A stretch of DNA of 64,000 nt from Bryobacterales bacterium (GCA_965238125.1 OZ250179.1:4774723-4838722); one strand, 5' to 3'; shown: positions 1 to 10,033, numbered from the stretch's first letter. A program made the numbers and translations. Notes: a model not told the origin generated them from the letters alone.

Positions 1-635
1 ATCTTCAGTTCGTGGTCTTCGGGATCGATTTCGTCGCCTGCCAACTGTTCGCGAATGAAGCGGTCATACGGCTTGTCGTCGTTGAGCGCGCGAATCACGT
101 AATCGCGAAAGCGCCAGGCCCCCGGCAGGTGGCGGTCATACTCGAAACCTTCCGATTCAGCGAAGCGAATCACATCGAGCCAATGCTGCGCCCAGCGTTC
201 GCCGTAACGCGGATCGGCCAACAATCGCTCGACCAGGCGCGGGTAGGCGTCCGGCGAGCGGTCCGCCAGAAAATCGGCCGTCTCAGTGGGCGTCGGGGGC
301 AATCCGACGAGGTCGAAATAGAGCCGCCGTATCAAAACTCGGCGTTCGGCGGGAGGCGCGGGGTCCAGCCCGCTCGCGGCGAGCTTGACGAGAATGAAGG
401 CATCGACGGCCTCGACGCCTTCGCGCAAGGCCTCGGGCGCGTCGGCGCTCCGGATCGAGTTGCGGTCGCGCGAGGTTTCGAAGGCGGGGATGCGAGGGCG
501 AGCGCGCGGAAGAAACGACCAGTGCTTGCGTTCGCTGTCGAGGTAGTCGGCTTTCGGCGCGGCACTCACGGGGGCGCCGATAAGGCACCCGCCGACGATG
601 ATCGCAACCCCGAGTCGTGCCGTCACTGCCCCCAC
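1..635 (-). CDS. DUF1549 (PSCyt2)/DUF1553-type protein, N-terminal part; runs off the window edge
   Basis: Not in the ORF track. Manual translation from GTG 635: signal-like start, HWSFLP, then [29 protein letters not shown]...[29 protein letters not shown], typical of DUF1549. Confidence 0.85.
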   Translation of the reverse strand, partial: MGAVTARLGVAIIVGGCLIGAPVSAAPKADYLDSERKHWSFLPRARPRIPAFETSRDRNSIRSADAPEALREGVEAVDAFILVKLAASGLDPAPPAERRVLIRRLYFDLVGLPPTPTETADFLADRSPDAYPRLVERLLADPRYGERWAQHWLDVIRFAESEGFEYDRHLPGAWRFRDYVIRALNDDKPYDRFIREQLAGDEIDPEDHELK

Positions 636-700
636 AGTAGTCGATGGACGTCGGTCGGAGCAAGCCCCGTGGTACGCTGCGATGCGGAGGAACCGTACTC

Positions 701-1516
701 ATGTTCCGCTGGATTTTGATCTTGACCTTGCTGCCGCTGTCGACGCCGATTCTTTCCGGAGCCGACGGCGACGAGAAGAAACACATTCTGTTCCTGGGAG
801 CGAGCCGCGATTGGGCGCATGACTCCGTCTCGCATGCGATGTACACGATGGAGAAGATCGGTCAAGAAAGCGGGCTCTTCGACGTTCGCTTTCACACCGA
901 CATTGAACTGCTGACCAAGAAGGAACTCGAATCGAACAAGAAGAACCTTGACTATTTCGACGCGCTGATGTTTTTCTGTCAGGGGGATCTACCACTGACC
1001 GACGAACAGAAGGCCGCCATTATGTCGTTCATCCGTGAGGACGGCAAGGGCTTCCTGGGCGCGCACAGCGCGACCGACAGCTTTCGCGCGAGTTGGCCCG
1101 AATATGTCGAGATGGTCGGGGGCGCCTTCGATGAGCACCCCTGGAATCAGAAAGTGCGCGTGCGCGTGCATGACCGCGTTTTTCCAGCGATGAGGCATCT
1201 CCCGGCTGCTTTCGAAATTGCCGACGAGATCTATCAACTGAATCGCTACGCGCGAGACAAGCAGCGGGTCTTGATGAGTTTGGACGTTTCCTCTGTTGAT
1301 CTAAGCGCCGACGGCGTGCACCGGACCGACGGCGATTTCGCCTTGGCTTGGGCGCGGCGGTGGGGCAAGGGACGCGTGTTTGTGAACGTGTTGGGGCACC
1401 GCCCGGAGGTTTGGGACCGGCCGGACATCCAAAAGATGTGGCTGGAAGCCGTGCGCTGGGTTCTTGGCTACACCGACGCCGACGTCACTCCGCTGCCCAA
1501 GCCGACCGATGACTAG
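701..1516 (+). CDS. ThuA-like domain secreted protein
   Basis: ATG 701 after GGAGG; signal peptide; LGAHSATD, WGKGRVFVNVLGH motifs. Confidence 0.85.
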   Translation: MFRWILILTLLPLSTPILSGADGDEKKHILFLGASRDWAHDSVSHAMYTMEKIGQESGLFDVRFHTDIELLTKKELESNKKNLDYFDALMFFCQGDLPLTDEQKAAIMSFIREDGKGFLGAHSATDSFRASWPEYVEMVGGAFDEHPWNQKVRVRVHDRVFPAMRHLPAAFEIADEIYQLNRYARDKQRVLMSLDVSSVDLSADGVHRTDGDFALAWARRWGKGRVFVNVLGHRPEVWDRPDIQKMWLEAVRWVLGYTDADVTPLPKPTDD

Positions 1517-1724
1517 AAACGAATTAGGGCGCGGCAAGCGTGGACGCTCACGCCACATCCCGGTTAGCGGGGCCACCGGCGGCGCCGGCTCGTTCAAGCG
1601 AGAAACCGGGCGAGCCGCTCGCGCGGGGACCGCGCCGCACGGCGGCGCGGCTCGGGTGGGTGAAAGTCTGATCCGTTGGTAGCCGTTGTGAATCTCCGGG
1701 TAGCGCGAAATTTGAAGTTTCAGG

Positions 1725-2348
1725 CTAGACTTCCGTGATTCCGTCGCCGACCACCAAGAAGCGGAATCTTTCCGGCGGCAGCGACACTTTCTTGGCTGCG
1801 TCGGCCCAGGTGTGGTAAGCCTTCTGGGCGATCGGGGCATTGAAGACCAGGAACTTATCCGAGAGGCACTCAAGCGGGGGAGGCTGCCGAAAGGCCAGGC
1901 GGAAACCCACCGCGTTTTCGAGATTGACCGCGCCCGAGGGAACCGCTTTATCCGATAACAGGGTCACGAAACTGCTGCGGTTAACGTGCGGCCACAGATC
2001 GGGATGAATCAGCGGGCGCAACACGGGTTTGTGCTCGAAGGTGACCTCGCATTGACGAATCCACTCGATGATCGATTCGCCCCACTTCCAGTGCTGCACG
2101 AAACCGACGTAGTGCTCGGCGAAGTTGATCGCGAGATTGAAACGGCGTTGCTCGAAGGCGTTGTCGGATTCACCGGGGTCCCGAAACATTTCGGAAACCA
2201 GCGATTCCGACTCGACCATTTGCTCGGCCAGCGCAACCACTCGGTCGAGCGCGCCCGGGGCGCTGTCGTCCTTGAGCATCAAGGGAGGGAGTTCGTGGGT
2301 CTTGCCCCCCGGGATGTCGACGTATTTTCGATCCCCGACGATCTGCAT
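1725..2348 (-). CDS. Hypothetical protein
   Basis: 207-aa ORF with protein-like composition; no family recognised. Confidence 0.7.
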   Translation of the reverse strand: MQIVGDRKYVDIPGGKTHELPPLMLKDDSAPGALDRVVALAEQMVESESLVSEMFRDPGESDNAFEQRRFNLAINFAEHYVGFVQHWKWGESIIEWIRQCEVTFEHKPVLRPLIHPDLWPHVNRSSFVTLLSDKAVPSGAVNLENAVGFRLAFRQPPPLECLSDKFLVFNAPIAQKAYHTWADAAKKVSLPPERFRFLVVGDGITEV

Positions 2349-2538
2349 AATTCCGCTCCGGCAATTCGCGCCGTCTGGTTCTAGAGACGCATCAGCGCGA
2401 TTGCGGTTTCAGCGCTGAATTGCAGCAATCATAAGCCATATCGGATCGATTGGCAAGGTAGTTCGCGATTTCCTCAGGTTTTCGACCCAGAGGGTAACAG
2501 GGGTATACCCTACATCTCGCGCGCCGACCCGTTTTCGG

Positions 2539-3288
2539 CTACTGGTGACGGCCGGCGTCTTCAAAAATCAAGATGTGCTGGCGAGGCAGAAATTCCAAGA
2601 GCTTGGCCAGCCGGAAACCCATCGGCTCGAGTTCGGAGCGGACTTCCTCGACGGTCATTTTATGAAGCGGGTGGATGGGGATCGTGGGGTCTTCCTTGCG
2701 ATATTCGATCAACACCAGCCTGCCATCGGGTTTGAGCGAACGCCGTACGTGTTCGATTGTTTTCTCCGGCTGCTGGAGTTCGTGGTACACATCGACGACG
2801 AGGACCAGATCGACTTCGCCCGGAGGCAGGCGGGGATCTTCCTCGCTCGCCAAAATGGCCTCAACGTTGTGAATCCCTTTTTCCGCCAGGTTGCGCTTGA
2901 GCCGATCGATCATGCCTTGTTGAATGTCGACCGCGAGAACGCGCCCCTCGGGACCGACTTGCTTAGCCAGCCGCCAGGTGAAGTACCCCACGCCGGCGCC
3001 GAGGTCAACAACGGTACCGCCCTTGGGAATCTTGAGCGCTTTGACGACGCGGTCGGGTTGTTCCTCGGCGTCTCGCTCGGGCCGCGTCAACCAGTCGGCG
3101 TGGGCGACGCTCATCACCGGCGCGATCTGGCGCTTTTTGATGAGCTTGCCGATTTGCAGCGGCCGCTTTGTTTCGGTCGCCGTCGAGGCTCCGTCGGTTT
3201 GCCCGGTGACGGTGACCGAGCAAGCGGTCACGGCGATCGCAAGCCCAAGAGCCGCCGGGAGCAGAAGATACGCCTTTACGTTGCGCAT
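2539..3288 (-). CDS. Class I SAM-dependent methyltransferase with N-terminal signal
   Basis: VVDLGAGVGYF motif I, VLAVDIQ, DLVLVVDVYHE. Confidence 0.9.
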   Translation of the reverse strand: MRNVKAYLLLPAALGLAIAVTACSVTVTGQTDGASTATETKRPLQIGKLIKKRQIAPVMSVAHADWLTRPERDAEEQPDRVVKALKIPKGGTVVDLGAGVGYFTWRLAKQVGPEGRVLAVDIQQGMIDRLKRNLAEKGIHNVEAILASEEDPRLPPGEVDLVLVVDVYHELQQPEKTIEHVRRSLKPDGRLVLIEYRKEDPTIPIHPLHKMTVEEVRSELEPMGFRLAKLLEFLPRQHILIFEDAGRHQ

Positions 3289-3361
3289 GTGAGGATCTTC
3301 GCAGAATCTGATCAGCGGGTCAATGGAAGAAGCCGGCGTCCGCGGGCGGCGTCAAGTTCAT

Positions 3362-3559
3362 CTAGCCCGCATTTCTCACCGCCTGACGAGCAAAGCACAC
3401 GATAGGCCCGCCATTACTTCGTTGCGCTTGCTCGCCGCGCTCACCGTACTGTTCAAGTACGCCTCTTTGCTTAAGAAATGGGCGCCAAGCGGCGCGCGCC
3501 TCGTACTGACGGACCTTTCATGCACTTTGCCTCGCCACGCGGTGAGAAAAGCGGGCTAG
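3362..3559. mobile_element. MITE-like non-coding element, copy 1
   Basis: 21-bp TIRs CTAGCCCGC(A/T)TTTCTCACCGC; near-identical copy at 10145-10329. Confidence 0.75.
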
Positions 3560-3693
3560 GGGATTTTCGGAGAAACGAATGCGACGTGGGTGGATTCGCT
3601 AATCGCGGGGGGTCATTGCCGACCTCATTGCTCTCATTGCCGCTTGCCCCCCGCCCTGATACAATCCGGACAGACCGATTCAAGGAGATCCTC

Positions 3694-4453
3694 ATGACCC
3701 ATTCGATCGAAAGACGATTCGTTCGTTGCGGGGTTCTGTTCTTGCTTGTAACCTGCGTCGCGGCGCCCGCCTCCGCGCAGACGGTGATCTCGGTCCGGCC
3801 CGGGCTGATTTCCTACGCCGAAGGGGCAGGTGAAACTCGCCGGCGTGGGACAGAAGCCTTCCGGCAAAGATATTCATCTCGGCCAGGGACAACACTTGCT
3901 CACCTCGGCCGGGCGGGTCGAGATTCTGCTCACACCCGTCGCCATCCTCCGCGCGAGCGGGACCAGCGATTGGGAGATGGTTTCGAGCGAGGCTTCGGAT
4001 GTTCGAATGGAACTCCATCGCGGCTCGGGTATCGTTGAGATCAGAGCAAAAGTCAATGGCGCGCGCATTTCGATCGAGGCGGGGGGCGCTTCGGTCCGGC
4101 TTGAAAACAAAGGCGTCTATCGCTTTGACGCCGTTCCCGGCTCGGATGCCGTGCTGACGGTGCTGAAGGGCAAGGCGCGGGTTTCGAACGGGGCCGGATC
4201 GCTGGTGGTCAAGTCGAAACGCTCGGTTGCGCTCGGGGCCGGTACGCTCGAAGCCGGCAAGCTCGCCTCTTCGGCGACGCCCGACGCTCTGGCCGCTTGG
4301 CACCACGAGCGTACCGCGTTGCTGTCCCAACCCATTCGCCGGGCGCGGCCTCGGCAGGTTGCGGGCGTTTCCGAGTCGACAGGTAGTGCTTTTGGTCAAC
4401 ACGGAACCGGGGCGATTCAGTGTGAGAACGGCACGCCGGAGTTGTTGAATTAG
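3694..4453 (+). pseudogene. FecR-like secreted protein, frameshifted at G-run 3823-3826
   Basis: ATG 3694 after AAGGAG; signal peptide and AQTVISVRPGLISYAEG; removing one G gives QVKL...GRVEILLTP, joining ORF 3830-4453. Confidence 0.75.
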
Positions 4454-4482
4454 GGAACCGAGCGCGTCAAACCGAGCGCGTC

Positions 4483-4719
4483 AAACCGAGCCGCGACCGT
4501 GAGGAAGCGGTATGCGATGCGGTACGCCGGAGGCAAATAAAGGGGCGGCCCCGGAACGGCGGCCCCCGAAGCGTCTTTCCCGGCTGAACTACCCTGAGTT
4601 CGCTAGTAGGGCTGTTTCGCAAGAAGAGGTTCGCTCTTCGGCACGCTTCGCTCCCGCCACCTTCCTTCGTGTTGAACGGCCTCATCGCATACCGCTTCCG
4701 TACGGTCGCGGCTCGGTTT
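4483..4719. repeat. REP-like inverted pair of 37-bp arms (4483-4519, 4683-4719)
   Basis: AAACCGAGCCGCGACCGT..GGAAGCGGTATGCGATG and its reverse complement; 14-bp tandem duplication just upstream. Confidence 0.75.
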
Positions 4720-4778
4720 TGGGGGTCGGTTTGTTATTCGAAAACTGGTAAAATTGCGGACAGAAGGTTCCGCCGACT

Positions 4779-4889
4779 ATGGTGCATCGTAAATTCCAGC
4801 CGCAAGTCGCGCGCCGCTCCGGCACGAACGAACCCCGCTTCGCGATAAGCCGCGGTACTGTCGGCATTATCATTACCAGCCCCGGTTAG
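4779..4889 (+). CDS. Predicted ileS leader peptide, 36 aa (MVHRKFQPQVARRSGTNEPRFAISRGTVGIIITSPG)
   Basis: ATG 4779 to TAG 4889; ATT ATC ATT at 4866-4874; extended -10 TGgTAAAAT at 4746-4754. Confidence 0.75.
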   Translation: MVHRKFQPQVARRSGTNEPRFAISRGTVGIIITSPG

Positions 4890-4930
4890 GGGCTTCGGAC
4901 GGGCAAGGATTCCGAGGCCGTTGACCGGGG
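4880..4930 (+). promoter_or_regulatory. Antiterminator hairpin of the ileS attenuator
   Basis: 4880-4899 pairs with 4911-4930: 19 of 20 positions paired, 3 of them G-U; it sequesters the whole 5' arm of the terminator. Confidence 0.8.
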
Positions 4931-4960
4931 TGATCGAAAGCCGGTCAACGGCCTTTTTGT
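4915..4960 (+). terminator. Intrinsic terminator (attenuator) upstream of ileS
   Basis: Perfect 14-bp stem AGGCCGTTGACCGG / CCGGTCAACGGCCT followed by TTTTGTTGTT. Confidence 0.85.
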
Positions 4961-5003
4961 TGTTCGACCGACCTGCACCGACCCCCGGTCTGGATGCAAC
5001 GCC

Positions 5004-8000
5004 ATGAGTGAACCGAAATTCGAGAAAGCGCAACCGATCGTCGATTTCCCCCGCGTCGAGGAGTCGATCCGGCGGTTCTGGGAAGAACACGAGATCTTTG
5101 AAAAAAGCCTCCGCAACCGCGAGGGGCGGCCGAAATTCATCTTCAATGAAGGCCCTCCGACCGCCAACGGGCTGCCGCACAACGGGCACGTGCTCACTCG
5201 TGTGATCAAAGACATCTTCCTGCGCTACCGCACCATGCGCGGTTTCTACGTGCCCCGCAAAGCCGGCTGGGATACTCACGGGCTTCCCGTCGAGGTCGAA
5301 GTCGAGAAGGAACTAGGCATCCACGGCAAGGCGGCGATCGAGGAATACGGCGTTGAAAGATTCATTCTCCGCTGCATGCAGTCGGTGTTTCGCTACACCG
5401 AGCAGTGGGAGAAGATGACCAGCCGGGTCGGCTTCTGGGTGGATCTTGAAGACGCCTACGTCACCTATCACAAGAGCTATATCGAAAGCGTGTGGTGGGC
5501 GCTATCCGAGCTGTTTCGTAAAGGCCTTCTCTACCAAGGCCACAAGATTGTTTGGTGGTGGCCGCAGGGCGGCACGGCGCTTTCGGCGGGCGAGGTCGGC
5601 TTGGGCTACAAGAGCGTCGAAGACCCGTCCGTCTACGTCGCGCTCGAACTGGAAGACGAGCCCGGGACCTATCTCCTGATCTGGACGACAACCCCCTGGA
5701 CGTTGCCCTCGAACCAAAACGTCGCCGTGCGCGAGGACTACGACTACGTCCAAGTGCGCGACGGCGACCACGCGATCATCGTGGCCGCCGCCTTGCGCGA
5801 GACGACCGCCGCGAAGCTCGGCCGCGAGTTGCCCGTCGAACGCGAAATGAAAGGCGGTGCGTTGGTCGGGCGGCGCTACCGCCCGCCACTTGATTATTTC
5901 CGCGAAGCCTACGGCGATGTGACCGTGGAGCGCAAGACGGGCGGGTCCGTTCCCGCCCTATGGACCATACTCGCCGCCGATTTCGTCGAACTCGACCAAG
6001 GCACGGGCTTGGTCCACGAAGCACCGGCCTTTGGTGAGGTGGACTACGAGCTGTTCCGCAAGACGCGGGAAGAGTTCACCAACCCCGACGCTGTCCCGCT
6101 GCTGTGCCCGGTCGGTCCCGACGGCAAATTCACCGCCGAGACGCCGGATCTCGAAGGCATGTTCGTCAAGGACGCCGACCGGCCGATCATCGCCAAACTC
6201 AGAGAAAACGGCATCCTACTGCACCGCGAGAACTATCGCCACGACTATCCCTTCTGCTGGCGAGCCGACGATGATCCGTTGATCCAGTACGCACGGCCGG
6301 CGTGGTTTGTCCGCACTACCGAGCGGATTGAGGACGCCATTGCCAATAACAACAAGGCGCGCTGGTTGCCGGCGCATATAGGCACGGGCCGCTTCGGCGA
6401 TTTTCTGGCGAATAACGTCGACTGGGCGCTCTCACGCGAGCGCTACTGGGGCACGCCGCTCAATATCTGGATCAACGACGAAACCGGGAAGATGCAAGCC
6501 CCGGCGTCCGTCGCGGAGATCGAGGCCAAGAACCCCGAAGCCTTCAACCAGTTTCGGCGCGATCAGATCAAGAACCCCGAGCTGTCGGATCACTTGATGG
6601 TCCATAAACCGTGGATCGACGAGGTGACGTGGACCGAACCGGGCGAACCCGGCGTCTACCGCCGCATTCCCGAGGTGATCGACTGCTGGTTCGACTCCGG
6701 TTGCATGCCCTTCGCGCAGTTCGGCTATCCGCATCAAGGGCGCGAGAAATTCGAGGACGCTTTCCCGGCCGACTTCATCACCGAGGCCATCGATCAGACA
6801 CGCGGTTGGTTCTATTCGCAGTTGATGGTTTCGACGCTGGTTTTCGACGACGAAACACAACAGCTGTGCGGATTGAAAGAGAAACGCGACTATCCGCACC
6901 CCTTCCGCACTTGCATCGTGTTGGGTCATGTCACCGATCCGGAGGGCAAGAAGGAATCGAAATCGAAGGGGAATTACACGCCGCCCGACGTCATCTTCGA
7001 CCGTGTGCTCAACGAGTTCGCCGTCGTCGGCGCGGCGCAAGCCGACATGAAGGTCGCCGCGGGCGAAGTCGTGCTCTGCCGCGAGGAGATCGAGGCACTT
7101 GATGTCAACCCCGGCGCCGTGATGCAGCTCTCGACGGCTTCGCTCGCGGGAGTTTCGAAACCCTTCACCGTGCGGCAAGGGAAGAAGTTGCCGCGCCGCG
7201 TGGCCGTCGTCTCGGCCGACGACATCAAAGCGCTCGGATTGAACAGCACCCCGGCCGGACTCAGAGTCCAACCCAACGACGTCGCCCGCCTTCCCGATGA
7301 CCAGCGCTTGACGCTCGAAAGCAAGAACGGCTCGGCCCCCGGCGCCGACGCCTTTCGCTGGTTCTTTTTCGCCGCCAATCCGCCGTGGTCGCCGACCCGG
7401 CATTCATTGAGCAATGTCCGGACGCTCCAAAAGGAGCTGCCGCTTAAGCTGCGCAACGTCTACTCGTTTTTCACGATCTACGCTAATATCGACGGCTTCG
7501 ACCCGGCGAGCGACGCCGGACGGCCCTTGGCCGAGCGAACGTTGCTCGACCGCTGGATTCTCTCCGAGGCGGCGCTGGTCACCGGCCGTGTGACCGAGCT
7601 GATGGACAACTACCTGGTCTACGAGGCGGCCGGCGAGCTGTCGAATTTCGTCGACGCGCTTTCGAACTGGTATCTGCGGCGCAGCCGGCGACGCTATTGG
7701 AAGAGCGAGAAAGACGCCGACAAGATCGACGCTTACGCCACACTCTATGAAGCGCTGGCGACCGTCACGAACCTTGCCGCGCCGTTTATCCCCTTCTTGA
7801 CCGAAGAGGTTTACCAGAATCTAGTCCGCGGGCCCTTCGGCGACCGAAGGCCCGAAAGCATTCACCTCTGTGACCTCGCCGAAGCCGACGAAAGCGCGGT
7901 CGACCGCAAGCTGTCGGAAGAAATGGCGGTCGTGCGCAATATCGTCTCACTCGGGCTGCGTGTGCGAACCGACCACAAGCTCAAGGTCCGTCAGCCGCTT

Positions 8001-8660
8001 TCGTTGGCCGAAGTGGTCCTCCCCGACGATGCGCGGCGCCAAGCGTTGGCCGACTACAGCGACTTGATCGCCGAAGAGCTGAACGTCCAACAGGTTGCCT
8101 TCGTGCATGGCGATGAGGGTCATGTGCGGTACGTGGCGCGTCCCAACTTCCGCCGTCTCGGCCCCCGGCTCGGCAAGAAAATGCCCCTGGCGAAAAAGGC
8201 CTTCCAAAACGCCGACGCGGCGGAATTGCGGCGGCAACTGCTCGCCCGCGGTAAAGCTGAAATCGAAATCGACGGCGAGATGGTTTCGCTCGATGCCAAG
8301 GATATCGAAGTACAGGTCGAAGCCTCCGAGCACTACGCCGCCGCGGGCGATCAACAGACCGTCGTGGTGCTCAACACCGACCTCACCGAAGAGCTGCTCG
8401 AGGAGGGCGCCTACCGCGAGTTGCTCCGCCGCGTGCAAGACTTGCGCAAAGACCTCGACATTGAATACACCCAACGCATCGGGCTTTCGATCGAGGCCCC
8501 CGAGAAGATCACCCGGATTCTCGAAGCCCGCCGCGAGCACTTCATGGAAGAGACGCTCTGCACCGCGCTTGAGGCCGGCGGCTCCCCGTCGCGAGAAGGC
8601 GAGCGCCGCGAGATGGAGATCGACGGCGAACCGGTGGTGGTCGTGCTCTTTGCGGTGTAG
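5004..8660 (+). CDS. ileS: Isoleucyl-tRNA synthetase, type 2 (eukaryote/archaea-like)
   Basis: EGPPTANGLPHNGH, GWDTHGLPVE, IWTTTPWTLP editing motif, DWALSRERYWGTP, KESKS; no C-terminal Zn finger. Confidence 0.97.
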   Translation: MSEPKFEKAQPIVDFPRVEESIRRFWEEHEIFEKSLRNREGRPKFIFNEGPPTANGLPHNGHVLTRVIKDIFLRYRTMRGFYVPRKAGWDTHGLPVEVEVEKELGIHGKAAIEEYGVERFILRCMQSVFRYTEQWEKMTSRVGFWVDLEDAYVTYHKSYIESVWWALSELFRKGLLYQGHKIVWWWPQGGTALSAGEVGLGYKSVEDPSVYVALELEDEPGTYLLIWTTTPWTLPSNQNVAVREDYDYVQVRDGDHAIIVAAALRETTAAKLGRELPVEREMKGGALVGRRYRPPLDYFREAYGDVTVERKTGGSVPALWTILAADFVELDQGTGLVHEAPAFGEVDYELFRKTREEFTNPDAVPLLCPVGPDGKFTAETPDLEGMFVKDADRPIIAKLRENGILLHRENYRHDYPFCWRADDDPLIQYARPAWFVRTTERIEDAIANNNKARWLPAHIGTGRFGDFLANNVDWALSRERYWGTPLNIWINDETGKMQAPASVAEIEAKNPEAFNQFRRDQIKNPELSDHLMVHKPWIDEVTWTEPGEPGVYRRIPEVIDCWFDSGCMPFAQFGYPHQGREKFEDAFPADFITEAIDQTRGWFYSQLMVSTLVFDDETQQLCGLKEKRDYPHPFRTCIVLGHVTDPEGKKESKSKGNYTPPDVIFDRVLNEFAVVGAAQADMKVAAGEVVLCREEIEALDVNPGAVMQLSTASLAGVSKPFTVRQGKKLPRRVAVVSADDIKALGLNSTPAGLRVQPNDVARLPDDQRLTLESKNGSAPGADAFRWFFFAANPPWSPTRHSLSNVRTLQKELPLKLRNVYSFFTIYANIDGFDPASDAGRPLAERTLLDRWILSEAALVTGRVTELMDNYLVYEAAGELSNFVDALSNWYLRRSRRRYWKSEKDADKIDAYATLYEALATVTNLAAPFIPFLTEEVYQNLVRGPFGDRRPESIHLCDLAEADESAVDRKLSEEMAVVRNIVSLGLRVRTDHKLKVRQPLSLAEVVLPDDARRQALADYSDLIAEELNVQQVAFVHGDEGHVRYVARPNFRRLGPRLGKKMPLAKKAFQNADAAELRRQLLARGKAEIEIDGEMVSLDAKDIEVQVEASEHYAAAGDQQTVVVLNTDLTEELLEEGAYRELLRRVQDLRKDLDIEYTQRIGLSIEAPEKITRILEARREHFMEETLCTALEAGGSPSREGERREMEIDGEPVVVVLFAV

Positions 8661-8776
8661 GGCCGCCGGGGGTAGATGCCCGCGGTGGGCAGGCGTCCGG
8701 GCCGTATTGCCTGCACGGTAGACAGGCGCGGACGGCACGAGAAGAGAACAAATCGACTGGCCGGGGCCCGGTTCGA

Positions 8777-10033
8777 CTACGACACGCGTCGAATCCGAGC
8801 CCCGGCCGCCGCCAATTTGCGCTCGATCCCCTCATACCCTCGGTCGATGTGGTAGACGCGGTCGATCACCGTTTCCCCGGTCGCCGCCAGCGCCGCGATC
8901 AACAAACCGGCGCTCGCCCGCAGATCGGAGGCCATCACGGCGGCGGCGCTGAGCACGGTTTTCCCCTGAACCGACGCGCGGTTGCCGGCGAGCGAGATAT
9001 CGGCCCCCATTCGCACCAGTTCCGAGACGTGCATAAAGCGGTTCTCGAAAATGTTTTCGACAATGCGCGACTGGCCGTCGGCCTGGGTCATCAGGGCCAT
9101 CCATTGCGCCTGCATGTCGGTCGGGAAGCCGGGATGCTCTTGGGTTGCAATGTCGGTCGCCCGCAAAATGTCCGGGGCCTCCACGCAAATCGCCCCCGGG
9201 CCGGGATAGGCGATTTCCGCCCCCGCCTCGCTGATCTTTTCGAGCAGTGACTCTACATGGCCCACGTCGGCCCCCGTCACGGTGAGCCCGCAGCCGGCGG
9301 CAAGCCCGGCCATCAGAAACGTGCCCGCTTCGATGCGGTCGGGGATGATCGAATGCTTCGCGCCCCGCAGCCGCGGGACCCCTTGGATGTGAATCGTCGG
9401 CGAGCCGGCACCCTGAATCGAAGAGCCCATCTTGGTCAGCAGCGCCGCAAGGTCAACGACCTCGGGTTCGCGGGCGGCGTTTTCGAGAACCGTTTCACCC
9501 TGGGCGAGCACCGCCGCCATCATCACATCTTCCGTTCCCGTAACGGTAACGCGGTCAAAGCGAATGCGGCCGCCGCGCAAGCCTTGGGGAGCGAGCGCCT
9601 CGATGTAGCCGTGTTGTTGAGAGATGCGCGCCCCGAGGTGTTCGAGGGCGCTCATGTGTAGATTGATCGGCCGTGCTCCGATGGCGCAGCCCCCCGGCAT
9701 CGATACCCTGGCGCGTCCGGTCCGCGCGACCAACGGACCCATCACGAGACTCGACGCCCGCATCGTCTTCACCAGCCCGTAGGGCGCTTCCGGTTCGGTG
9801 ATCCGGCGGGCCTCGAAACGGTAGCCCCCGTCGAACTTCTCCGCACTAACGCCGATGTGCTCGAGCAGCCGAATCATCGTGCGAATGTCGCGCACTCCGG
9901 GAATCCGACTCAACTCGACCGTTTCCTCGGTCAGCAGCGTCGCGGCCAGGGCGGGCAAAGCGGCGTTCTTGGCGCCGCTGATCGGGATTTCCCCGGTCAA
10001 CGCATGCCCGCCTTCGATTACAAACTTATCCAT
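8777..10033 (-). CDS. murA: UDP-N-acetylglucosamine 1-carboxyvinyltransferase
   Basis: [20 protein letters not shown] (catalytic Cys), [22 protein letters not shown]. Confidence 0.98.
   Translation of the reverse strand: MDKFVIEGGHALTGEIPISGAKNAALPALAATLLTEETVELSRIPGVRDIRTMIRLLEHIGVSAEKFDGGYRFEARRITEPEAPYGLVKTMRASSLVMGPLVARTGRARVSMPGGCAIGARPINLHMSALEHLGARISQQHGYIEALAPQGLRGGRIRFDRVTVTGTEDVMMAAVLAQGETVLENAAREPEVVDLAALLTKMGSSIQGAGSPTIHIQGVPRLRGAKHSIIPDRIEAGTFLMAGLAAGCGLTVTGADVGHVESLLEKISEAGAEIAYPGPGAICVEAPDILRATDIATQEHPGFPTDMQAQWMALMTQADGQSRIVENIFENRFMHVSELVRMGADISLAGNRASVQGKTVLSAAAVMASDLRASAGLLIAALAATGETVIDRVYHIDRGYEGIERKLAAAGARIRRVS

Noticed and set aside
1517-1724. Structured ncRNA between convergent genes
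   Set aside because: GC-rich hairpins only; no RNA family motif recognised and no second copy.
4750-5003. T-box riboswitch upstream of ileS
   Set aside because: No GGTGGnACCGCG T-box motif or specifier stem; the leader-peptide model explains all the hairpins.
7005-7340. Intein in IleRS
   Set aside because: No N-terminal Cys/Ser with C-terminal His-Asn junction and no endonuclease motifs.
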